From Anthoceros angustus (taxonomy: Eukaryota; Plantae; Anthocerotophyta), in NCBI GenBank assembly GCA_010909165.1, contig MU008161.1:186001-250000 (forward strand): a stretch of 64,000 nt of DNA, in the 5' to 3' direction. The position numbers were made by a program, and so were the translations under genes. Below the pieces are notes generated by a model. The model had not been told where the DNA came from, ran no database searches, and saw only the letters and a list, made by a program, of their open reading frames with translations. Shown piece by piece: positions 11,409 to 22,808 of this stretch (the stretch's first letter is position 1; every line of letters begins with the position of its first letter).

Positions 11409-14400
11409 AGCTTGCTCTAAGATGCGCTTAGCATTGATTATGATGCTTGAAGCAAGTGTTTATATAGTACAAACGGTTATAGGTTGTTGTAACCGATATA
11501 ACCGATATAACAACTAACTACTTAAGTAACTTCCTAAAAAACTACTTCTAGCCCTAGCAATTAATTAATTATTAATTCTAGGGATTTATAGGTGCCCTAG
11601 CGAATAGTGCCCTAAATAGGTATATATTTATCACTCCCACTCACTATGAGATGAAGGTGAGGTTAAGCTAGGAAAATAAGCTAAGTCTGCTTAAGAATTT
11701 CCTGAACTACAAAGCTAAGGAGCTAAAGGAAAATCCAACTTAAGTTTATAAATAGTCATTATTAAATAATTAATAAATGTCCATAAAAAGAAATGTGATA
11801 AAGGGAGAAAATTTGGATATTCGGCTTATCCGAATCTTAACGTGATCTTAACGTGAAATTAGTTAAATATATTAAAGTGCCGATTGCATGTCTATATGGG
11901 ACTGCCGACATCTCTTGCTTATCCGCTACTGTAGTCGGACTCATAGCTGAGGTAAGTCGTATGCCGCTAGCAAAGGGTGTAGGGGCAAGCTTTGGTTCTT
12001 CAAGTCTAAATTTAACTAAGGGTTAGCTCGGACGGTGGCTACGGAATAAGAACCCTGGTCGTGGAATAGGGTCGGAGGGGGTAGAAGTCGAATAGATAAG
12101 TAGAGAGAGAGGCAAGTCCTGACTTAGGTAAAGATCAATCGCGATAGAAGTTAGCGTCCCTTGGCACAAACCATTCCCTTGGGAGAGAATCCTAGGCCTA
12201 CAACGACATTGAGGGTAAATGTGGACCTCATGGTGTCCCTAGACATAAGTTCACACTCCACATTACTCCTAAACCTAGTCAAGAATGCACAACATAACCC
12301 AAGCCAATCCAACTGGTCAACATCCACAAGCCTCTCATACCAAGTTTCAACACATGCCACGGGGTGAGGTGGAAAAAATATTCAAGGTACTTCTTCTCCG
12401 TTCCCATAATACGGCCTTTCAAAACGTTCTTGAAAATAGCAAGATGTTCATCTAGATCATTTGCAAGTGTGCCATAGACCATGGGCGGGATAGGTGCATC
12501 CAAGTAACGATTTTCATAACCCCTTGATATGTTGTTATCTCACTTGGCGATGGTAAAGAAAACTAATGCTATTGTTCTATCTCTATGGACACTTATCTTG
12601 CCAAGGTGAGGGGAGGGCTTAAAGATGTAAGCACAATCTTCTTGAGGTGAATGGTCACACTGTAAAAACCGAAAGGAAGAAGTATCAAAATGTATTGTCA
12701 AGTAAGAGGTGTGTGGGCAATTCACTAAGCCAAGACAATCTTTACAAACAATCTCACTTAAGCTCTATCACGGTCCATCCTCCGATGGTTTCTTGGTCTT
12801 GGCTTTCATTCCTCCTGCATAAATGACACGGACACATTGTCGGAGGATGATTAGTCGCATGACCAAAGGCCAAAGAATGTCGAATGCCCGAACCTGCTTT
12901 TGAGGCGGCACACATGAATGGACATGTCATTGAGGAACGTGGCACGGGATGCGGAGCGGAGCGACCAAGTGGCACATGGCGAAGGCCTCCGCCAGATCAT
13001 GATGGCCATGGAGGGCGGCATGGAGTAGGCTTGGTCCTCGTCCTTGGGCTTGAGGTGCAGAAGCACGGCCGGTTGTTTGCTTTTTGTTGGGGCGAAGGAT
13101 GCGCCATAGAAAGATTGAGTAGGAGACAGGTTTAATGATGTGTCTTTGTGGACATCCTTTTGATGAGAATCATAGCTTGCTCTAAGATGCGCATTGATTA
13201 TGATGCTTGAAGCAAGTGTTTATATAGTACAAACGGTTATAGGTTGTTGTAACCGATATAACCGATATAACAACTAACTACTTAAGTAACTTCCTAAAAA
13301 ACTACTTCTAGCCCTAGCAATTAATTAATTATTAATTCTAGGGATTTATAGGTGCCCTAGCGAATAGTGCCCTAAATAGGTATATATTTATCACTCCCAC
13401 TCACTATGAGATGAAGGTGAGGTTAAGCTAGGAAAATAAGCTAAGTCTGCTTAAGAATTTCACGAACTACAAAGCTAAGGAGCTAAGGAAAATCCAACTT
13501 AAGTTTATAAATAGTCATTATTAAATAATTAATAAATGTCCATAAAAAGAAATGTGATAAAGGGAGAAAATTTGGATATTCGCTTATCCGAATCTTAACG
13601 TGAAATTAGTGAAATTAGTTAAATATATTAGCCGATTGCATGTATACATATGGGACCGAGCATCTCTTGCTTATCCGCCATCACGTAGTCGGACTCATAG
13701 GCGAGGGGTCGTATGCCGCTAGCAAAAGGTGTAGAAAGCAAGCTTTGGTTCTTCAAGTCTAAATTTAACTAAGGGTTAGCTCGGACGGCTACGAATAAGA
13801 ACCACAGTGGAATAGGGCCCAGGGGTAGAAGTCGAATAGATAAGAGAGAGGCAAGTCTGACTTAGGTAAAGATCAATCGCGATAGAAGTTAGCGTCCTTG
13901 GCACAAACCATTTCCTTGGAGAGAGAATCCTGAGCCTACAAGCGACATTGAGGGTAAATGTGGACCTCATGGTGTCCCTGACATAAGTTCACACTCCACA
14001 TTACTCCTAAACCTAGTCAAGAATGCACAACATAACCCAAGCCAATCCAACTGGTCAACATCCAGCTCTCATACCAAGTTTCAACACATGCACGGGTGAG
14101 GGAAAAATATTCAAGGTACTTCTTCTCAGTTCCTAATACGGCCTTTCAAAACGTTCTTGAAAATAGCAAGATGTTCATCTAGATCATTTGCAAGTGTGCC
14201 ATAGACCATGGGCGGGATAGGTGCATCCAAGTAACGATTTTCATAACCCCTTGATATGTTGTTATCTCACTTGGCGATGGTAAAGAAAACTAATGCTATT
14301 GTTCTATCTCTATGGACACTTATCTTGCCAAGGTGAGGGGAGGGCTTAAAGATGTAAGCACAATCTTCTTGAGGTGAATGGTCACACTGTAAAAACCGAA

Positions 14401-14417
14401 AGGAAGAAGTATCAACC
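10868..14417. repeat. Imperfect tandem duplication, unit ~1.8 kb
   Basis: gaagtatcaaaatgtattg...gtaagaggtgtgtgggcaattcac occurs at ~10870 and ~12680; both units end tgtaaaaaccgaaaggaagaagtatcaa. The second copy is shorter through many small deletions. Confidence 0.9.
11485..12262 (+). mobile_element. LTR-like sequence (second copy at 13245-14000)
   Basis: Starts tgttgtaacc and ends cactccaca. Its last ~100 bp are alignable by eye to the PBS-adjacent end of the LTR at 2880-2990 (minus strand). The start boundary is tentative and no TSD was found. Confidence 0.55.
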
Positions 14418-14602
14418 CTGTTGGTCGCTGGGCATGTACCCTCGTCTTGGTTGATTGTCGATTCCTGGTCCTTCTGGTCTTGCCGAACTCATTTCTCATC
14501 TTCCACGCACAATGATATCTAGTGACTAATGCAGGATTGTTTACTCCGGAGCTGGAGAGGCAGTACGCATACAGTACCAACTAAGCCCAATCCTCAGCAA
14601 TA

Positions 14603-15169
14603 TGTCACACCGGGAGTGCCAACTAATAGAAACAATGTCAAACCTAGAGCCTAAGTGGTTTACACGCAAATTGACATTTGGTAATACTTCTTAAGATAGA
14701 TGTTTTCTTTCACACAGACATATGATGAATGTCACTCGCTTATTACAATGGCATACACACAATTACAAGCATGCAGGGAGTGGACACGCACACTTCACAT
14801 ACAATACAGATCGTAAATGTGAGCTATGGCAAGTCTGCCGCATGAGGCCTACATCAATTCTGTATGCACACAGAGTCATGGAAATATCCTAGTCAGTCAG
14901 GCAACAATGGGCGACATGAACAGCTGCTGGTACAAAAGGAAGCACTCTGTTGGACTCACTCTGCTGCATGGGACATCACAAGAACAGGGGTTAGACAAGA
15001 GTACATCAACAGCAAGCTGTAGGAGCCTAAATGGAAGCAAAAAGGCACACAAGCATAGCTTGATTGACGGAAGTGGAGCAAGAGAGAGACCCCACCTGGG
15101 GGACTCAACAAAATTGAGCCAGCTTTATACTCTAGCCAGACCAGTAAGCTGCCTTCATGTCTCATAACA
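14603..15169 (-). mobile_element. 3' LTR (567 bp) with polypurine tract
   Basis: Minus strand reads GGTTAGGGAGGAGGGGA|TGTTATGAG...GGTGTGACA: a canonical PPT, TGTTA/TGACA ends and an internal GAGTATAAAGC TATA-like box. Confidence 0.6.
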
Positions 15170-17498
15170 TCCCCTCCTCCCTAACCACATGTCCATCCTC
15201 TTCACAATATCCCGATTCTTGGGCTGCTATGCCTAAACAAGGAATCACCTTCGAACTTGAGCTTACGTACGGCTCGGGAGGAAATGTCAGCCATTCCCCA
15301 ACAGGCCCGTGGTCTTCCGTGGTATAATTATTATTTTTACTACCTATCAATAATTTTTACCAACATCTCTAAGGCATATGCTGCCACACCCTACTCTTTC
15401 GCCGGTATTCTCCACTAACAAAAGCTAAAATTCCGCCATGTAAATACCTTTGATACTTCAGCTTCCCTGAATGGGTCCTCCTCTTTCAGGTTTTTTTTGC
15501 TACCTAGTAATATTTTTTTCAACAAATATATTGCTACATATTGCTCCTTGGCTAGTTTAGCCACGTCCTTCTCCTTGGCCAGTCTTGTCCAGTAACGAAA
15601 GCTAAGAGTTTGCCATATAAATCTCTTTGATACTCTAGTCAATGCTTTCTTGGATGGATCCTCCTCTTTTAAGTGTTTTTGGGGATTTTTTTTGATATGT
15701 ATCTATTAGTAGCTAGTTGGGCATTTTGTTGGCTACAACTTCAGTTTCTAATCGTGCTTCTACTGCTACCATAGCAAATGCACAAGTTGCTATTGTGGCA
15801 TCACATGGGATATCGGGGACTGTTAGACCTGGGCCCACGACCATGATCACTTTAACCCTAGCAGAGTTGATTGCAACTAGAGTCAGAATTTCATCAACTA
15901 GTTTTTGTAGCTATAGTTCTTAACCTAGGGTACGCCGACAAACACATCCACAATATTGGTGTGTAGAGCTTTATTCACGCCACACACTTAGGGCAACAAG
16001 TTGCCCAACAACTACTCATGCATAATTTGAATATCCTAATCTCGTTTTAATGCTAACAAAGCTTTTGACTAATGTAAACCTAGGTTTGATTCCCAATGGC
16101 CTGCGCCGTGAAACCCCAAGGCAATTATGAGGGATTATTGGTTGAAGTGAGTCACCATGAGGTAAGCAAAGCTCTAGCCCAAACAGGCTTCCAACGCAAT
16201 CCATCTTTTAGCATTATAGGTTGAAGTGAGACAATCGTAGTAGTACTCACTGAGAATTTGTGGGTGTCACCTGGTGATAGACTAGTTTGTATGCCTGTTC
16301 ACTCTTCCATAATTAAGCACGTCGCATTGTGCCCCGTAATTGTTGAAACTCACCTTGCACCCACCATCGTCCCAACTATGTTCGATATCTAGATGCAAGG
16401 TGATGAACGCAATGAGCAATGTGTGACACAAACCAACCTCTTGTAATAATTTCTATATAAACAAATAACTCTTGACAAGGATTAAAAGATGGATAAAATT
16501 TTAATATGTAATGATTAAAATTTTCAAAGATATACTAAATAAACTTGAAATAATCATCTACAACTATGAGCCAAAAGCAAAGCATGCTTCGGTCTTGAAA
16601 ATAATTAAAAAAAATATTCTATCCACGATACAAACCAGATTATTGCCACAGCACACATATTGAATAAAAGATAATAAAACCAGCTTTGCGCACATAATCT
16701 GGATGTTCACGGTGAGCAAAGAGCAGCAACAAGACAAAATGGTGTGTTTGGATGAGAGCGTTTGGTAGTAGAGGTATGTATGTACATGGTAGCAGCCATA
16801 GCCATGCCGATCTGATGTGGGTGCATAATTCACACATAACTCTGTGTGGCCGACACAAGCTTCACTAAACAAGGACACGTGGCTGGCGGCAGGCGGGTTG
16901 TACACTTGGTAGGATGGTGGAGGCCATCCAATCCCCGGGCGAGACGTCGGGCGTGGCCACCGCTAAAAAGCACTACAAAGCACATAAATGCGCCGATATT
17001 TATTAGGGCACGGCGTGAGGCTGGGGGGCGATTGCAGTCTGCGAAGCGGATAGCGTGCGTATGATGAAGAATGAGATGCGTGAGAGGAGAGGGCCCGGGG
17101 AAAGGCAGAAGGGAACCTGGCGGTGGGGCCCGTCCATGGGCCCCAGACTGAATCATTGCGATGGTGCATCGAGTGCGGCACCCCATCTCCTCCTCAGCCC
17201 CAGCCGAGTGGCCGACGCAGACGCAGCAGACGCGCAGCCGCTGCGCGTGGTGCATCGTCGGCTTCATCAGTCGGTCCGCCCTTGCACTGCTATCCGAGTC
17301 CAGCGCGGCCCGCCATGCCCTCGCCCGGCCATGGCCACGGCGCCTCGTGTCCGAGCCTGGACGTGTCCTGCCCCTGCCGCTGCCCCTGCCCCTGCCGGGC
17401 ACAGGCCTCCGAGGCCGTGCATTCCCGCGCGGCAGCCCCTGCACCCACCGCCCGTTTCCTGCCGGTGTCGCTAGGGCGCTCTCTGTAGCCGGCCGGCC

Positions 17499-20400
17499 AT
17501 GCGGATGCCGGGGTCGGGGTCGGGGTCCGGATCGCCGGGCGGAGCGGTGCACGCAGAGCGCTGCTCCACCGCAGCGGGGGCCTGCGATCGCTCCGGGGAC
17601 TCGGGGGACGGGGTCGGATGGGCTGAACGCCGGGCGCGCTTCGCCGCCTCCGTGCTGGAGGCTGCGGAGGCCGGGGCCGGGAGGCGGGGCGGAGGAGACT
17701 GTGGATCTGTTGCCACCTATGGCTTCTTAGGGTTTTCGGGCGCCGCGTTCCCAATCTCGCCTTGGAGGACCGGGGAGGGATCGGAGGGACTCGGTGTGCT
17801 CCTGCTGCGGGAGGGTGGTGTCGTACAGAAGGCGGGGCGGGGATGTCGAGAGCGTGCCTGGGCTCAGGAGGGAGGGGTTGCGGTGGAGTGCGCAGGCCCA
17901 CGTGGTGCATTGGTCGGCCGGGGGGACGGGGGATGTGGGGTTGGAGTGCGCTCCCCAGGTGGCCAATCTGCTAGCTCTGTTGGACTGCGGTAGGGGTTCC
18001 ATGTTTGGGTTTCATTCTTGGGCTTCTGCTTCGGCTTCGGGTGTTGGTAGTCGCGGCAGGGAGACGGTGATCGGGCTTCCGGCCGGGGGGAGGGGGGCGT
18101 GCTCTCCCTCTCCCGGCGGGCCTCTGGTGCAGTTTGTGGCGCGGGAGTGGTCGAATTTGGGTTCGCGCTTGTCTTCGCACAGCGTGCAGGCGGAGGGGAG
18201 TGGGCGTGTTACGTCCGGGTGCAGTTGCGGTGGATCGCAGCGCGGGCTGACGAGCGGAGGGGACCTTGGTGCTGCAGGAGGGACTCAGGTTGGGGGTTCT
18301 GGCTTGGGGTTCGTGCGGCATGCGGCACAGGAGTTTTGCGACTGGGCCGCACGTGTGCTGCAACACAAGAAGGGGAGTGCGGGGGAGAGGGGTCATTCTC
18401 CCCGCCAGGAGATGGCCGTGGGCGGACCCAAGCACCGGTTTTTGAACTTGTCTAGCCTGGGGTTCATATCATCTGGATTTCATCCGCTGGGGAAGTATAC
18501 TGGTCGGCGATTCTCTCCGCCGGGTGCCTCTTTGTTTGCTCGTGTGCAAGGGGAGCCCGAAGTGTCTGCTGCTGCTCCTCATCAGGAGGAGCAGGCTGTT
18601 GGAGGGACGACACATCATCCGGCTGAGACCGAGACTGCTGTGGTCCCGGAGAAGCCCCCTAACCCCTTCACTTCCAAGGTTCTTAATATGGACAAGCTGC
18701 GGGAGTCGCTGTCTGGTGCCCTCTTGTCGGAGCTTGTGGAACTTGTTCCGCAGATCGGGAAGCCTAGGCAACCCTTTCCTGACAAGAAGAAGCTGTCCTC
18801 TGTACAAGACTTCTTCCAGTATACGAGAGCGGAGGGTAAGCTCTCTCTCGGCCGACCTTATCGTGCATTTTCTCTCTGTGAATTGAAAGTTCGCGGCGCG
18901 GTGAACTGACGTCTCTGTGGTGTCCATGTGCACTACTAGGGAGAAAGCTGTTCGAGGAGCTCGACCGGGACAACGATGGCCAGGTTACTCTTGAAGATCT
19001 GGAAACTGCCATGTCCAAGAGGAGACTACCTAAACGCTACGCTAAGGACTTCTTGCAGCGCACTCGCAGACGGTGGTTTGCAAAGTCTTTTGGTTGGAGC
19101 GAGTTCTCCTCTTTGATGGAGCAAAAGGAGTCTGTCATGCTGCGGGCTTTCAATTCCTTAAGTTTAAGCAAGTCTGGTACCCTGCAGAAGCATCAGGTTC
19201 TAGCATCCCTTCGAAGTGTTGGCCTGCCTGCCACCGAAGGGAATGTGACTGCAATGATGCGCTGTCTGGATGTCGATACAGACGGATCCATAGCATATGG
19301 CCAGTTCCGTAACTTCATGTTGCTGCTTCCTCCAGAACGTCTTGAAGATGATCCTCGGTATGTTGACCTCGCCATGGAAGCTGCGTGGTTGTGCTCTCTC
19401 TTTGCAGCTATTGCCAGTATTGATACCTGCCCGTTTTCTACAGCATGGTGTGGTTTGAAGCGGCTACAGTGGTTCCATTGGCACCACCACTTGAGATACA
19501 CGCAGGAAGTGTGCTGAAGTCAGCCCTAGCTGGTGGTCTTGCCTGTGCTCTGTCAACTTGTCTGTTGCATCCAGTTGACACCATGAAGGCAAGTTTGTAC
19601 CACTTTCTCAGCCTTTCACAATCTAAAGGCAAGTTGGAATATTTTCATTATTGTGCAGTGTTGTTGAAAGTCCTTTGAGTGAGCGGGTGTTATATGACTC
19701 GAGAATCTCGTACTGGCCCACATTTTCAGTTCCCTGCAGTTTTTTAACTCCTACTGGCATTACTCCTTGCTGTCGTAATCAATTCTTCCTTCATGGTCCT
19801 TATTCACGGCTTACTTGTGCAGACAAGAGTCCAGGCATCAACCCTCAGTTTCAGCGAGGTGATATCAGCACTGCCGCAGATTGGTGTGCAGGGACTGTAT
19901 AGGGGTTCTATTCCAGCTATAATTGGGCAGTTTTCCAGGTATGGTTGGGTTCACAGGTGTGGCCAAAGCCATCTGTCGATTGTATGGCTTATCTGAGTGT
20001 TCTACCATGGGTGTTTGCACAGTCATGGGTTGCGGACAGGGATTTTTGAGGCAAGCAAAATGGTGCTCAGAAATGTCGCGCCTCAAGTGCCTGACCTGCA
20101 GGTGTGTAAGCTGGTCGTGAAGTGGGAATTGATTGGAGTGGACTCACTCAGTCAGATTTGAGAGTTCAGGATGGTAGTATTCCCTCCGGTGCTTACCGTC
20201 CCCGAGTAGGAGAAATTGGGTTGTGACATCTCCTTCTGTTCCCGGGCCTTCGCACTTGTAATCCTGAATATTTCTGTCTATTCCAGGCACAGTCTCTTGC
20301 GTCCTTCTGCAGTACCATACTGGGGACTGCTGTGCGGATTCCATGTGAGGTACTGAAGCAGAGGTTGCAAGCGGGTCTTTACAGCAATGTTGGAGAGGCC

Positions 20401-20988
20401 ATTGCCGGAACTTTCCGCCGAGATGGGCTTAGAGGGTTCTTCAGGGGTACGGCGGCAACACTTTGCCGAGAAGTGCCATTTTACGTCGCAGGAATGGGGA
20501 TTTATGAGGAGACGAAGAAGGTCCAACTCGTTTCGGATTTTTATGATCTACTTCGTGGTCCTTGAGTGTCATGATCTCGTGTGCCCCACTCAAGTTGATG
20601 GTCCAAACTAATTATTATTTCTGATGGGCCGCAGGGACTGCATGGTGTCCTTCAACGTGAATTAGCACCCTGGGAGACAATCGTGGTTGGAGGCCTTTCT
20701 GGTGGTTTGGCCGCTGTGTGCACAACACCATTTGACGTGATGAAGACGCGCATGATGACTGCTGCTCCAGGGATGCCTGTTACCATGAGCGCAATTGCTG
20801 TAGCAATTGTTCAGGAGGAGGGTATTCTGGCTCTCTTTAAGGGCGCGTTGCCACGCTTTTTCTGGATTGCTCCTCTCGGAGCAATGAATTTTGCTGGGTA
20901 TGAGTTGGCGAAGAGGGCCATGGAGAAGAGAGAGAAGGACTCCGAAGTGGCAGCAGATTCTAAAATATTGGATATTGCCCATTCATGA
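17499..20988 (+). CDS. EF-hand-containing mitochondrial substrate carrier (SLC25); spliced; 5' start uncertain
   Basis: Exons ...-18835, 18940-19357, 19444-19588, 19823-19938, 20023-20101, 20287-20520 and 20635-20988 join in frame: PDKKKLSSVQDFFQYT, FEELDRDNDGQVTLEDL (EF-hand), HPVDTMKTRVQ, RIPCEVLKQRLQ, TTPFDVMKTRMM (three Px[DE]xx[KR] carrier signatures). It resembles the Arabidopsis At2g35800 type. Confidence 0.9.
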
Positions 20989-21830
20989 AGAGATTCTTGT
21001 TAGAGTGTCGTAGGTGTGTACAGGTGGAGCGTTGCATACTCTGAAGCTGAGTGAGATGCTGGCAACCATTGATTGGGGCTGTGTGGCCTCAAACAGGCTA
21101 TCCCTTTCCACGTTATGAAGGTTAGCCAGTCGAGGAAAAGCCTGCTTTGCCGCCTCTGAGCTGACCTGCAAACAGAGGGGAATTTGATACTGTAAATGTT
21201 TAGCTGCAATGTCGGGAGAGAGTCCGTCTGTTCAATTTTTTTGATTTCAATAATATGCTCCACAGATACAGTAACTGTAGCTGATGTGAGAGCATCGACA
21301 AGGGATCTGTTCATTCAGGGTGTTTACACTCAGCTCAGGAATTGTGCTTCTAGGTAGATTTGTCCCCGCAATCTACTTCATTCAAGTCTCATTGGATGTA
21401 CATACATAATCTCTATGTGTTTATATAGGTATCAACGCAGAAAATTTGTTTTCGTTACGTCACGTTTGCACATTCCATCTCACACATACTTTCAGTTCAT
21501 AAACCTAGCTAAATTAAAAGACGAGTCGGTAAACTGGTAGATTCTAGCCAGAGTTTAGTAACCACGCTCATATCGTCGTGCGAGCCGTCTATCACCTCCG
21601 TCATTCAATTATCTGTTTGTCTGTGGACCAGCCGCACAGGACCAGCACAATGGCAGGAAGCCACCCCCTGCGCAAGACACACAGTCTCGCTGCGACCGAA
21701 AGGCTGTGAAGCACTGGAAATCGCGAATGCTGCTGACCAAACCGCAGCGTAATACCAGCAAGGGATGAGTGAAGTCAAGAAATTTTAGATTCATCAGGTC
21801 TTATCATATCTGTACACAGAAATAGGACAC

Positions 21831-22271
21831 CTACGCCAGGGCGCTGGTGCTGTATACAAGGAAAGCTCCGATACCGAGCAGGCCGGCCAGAGTCAAGGCC
21901 CAGAGCAGAAGGCCGGGCGTTCCCCCTGCGTAGGTGTCGCCGGTAGCTGACCACTCCTCCGGGGCCCAGATGGGGCTGTAGCCGTCCACATTGGCCCCGT
22001 ACTTCTTGGCGTACTGGTAGACTCCCTTGCCCTTGGTGAAGCCTCCTCCAGCGTCCTTGCCGTCCCGGAACTTGGTGTTCCCAGACGGGCCCAGCGGTTG
22101 CTTCACTGAGATCTTCTTCCCGCTGCTGGCTACGATGGTGAGCGAGCGGGCGGCCCTGACTGGTCTCAGCGCGGGCAGGCCGGCCACAGAGGCGCCGGAA
22201 AACGTCGACCTCTCCAACGCCACTGGCGCGGTCAAGGGCGCGGCCACGAGGGAGGCGGTCGAGGCGGCCAT
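21831..22271 (-). CDS. PSBR: Photosystem II 10 kDa protein PsbR precursor, intronless
   Basis: The MAASTASL... transit peptide is followed by SSGKKI...[22 protein letters not shown]...GDTYAGG and a C-terminal TM helix ending VYSTSALA. The ATG at 22271 fits better than the ORF-track start. Confidence 0.95.
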   Translation of the reverse strand: MAASTASLVAAPLTAPVALERSTFSGASVAGLPALRPVRAARSLTIVASSGKKISVKQPLGPSGNTKFRDGKDAGGGFTKGKGVYQYAKKYGANVDGYSPIWAPEEWSATGDTYAGGTPGLLLWALTLAGLLGIGAFLVYSTSALA

Positions 22272-22478
22272 GTCTGGGCGCTTGGGGGGTGGGAGGGAAT
22301 GCGGAGGGAAGACAAGCGAATGCGCGAAGAAGACCCTACTGCCGTCTGTAGTTCCCGTCTCGAACAGCAGCTCTGTTCCTTTCCCCTCGCCCGCCCGGGT
22401 AGAGCGGGTGCAGGCACGCAAACGAATGGCCCTTGCTGGGCCTCATCTCCGCCCCATTCGCTGCCACACGATCTTCGG

Positions 22479-22485
22479 CTTATCC
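22479..22485 (-). promoter_or_regulatory. I-box-like element (GGATAAG) about 210 bp upstream of PsbR
   Basis: The sequence match lies in the 0.54-kb divergent intergenic region. I-boxes are typical of light-regulated photosynthesis genes, but a 7-mer can occur by chance. Confidence 0.3.
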
Positions 22486-22808
22486 ACTTTTCCGGCCCAC
22501 TCGATATCAGACCATTCGAGAAGTGAAGAAAATGTGGGGGAAAATGCGGAAATGGCTGCCCGGTATTGGCGTTGTGGCTCCATCAGGGCGGACCCGGCCC
22601 GGCCCGGCCCGGGGTTGCCCGCCACGCGTTTCCCCGCGGCAAGGGACCCTGTCCGTTGAGGAGGACGGGAGCCTCCGCTTGCAGTGCACGGCAGCATGAT
22701 GCGAGGCTTGGCGGCGCCGGAGATGGTGGTTCACGCCGCGCTTGCAATTCGGGTGAAGGGGAATTGGGATTGGGATTGGCTGGTTTGAAGCGGGTTTAGT
22801 GCCGCACG

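Noticed and set aside
16830-18002. Many overlapping 100-240 aa ORFs on both strands
   Set aside because: Very high GC suppresses stop codons; the translations are low-complexity R/P/G/A. Only the carrier frames are supported.
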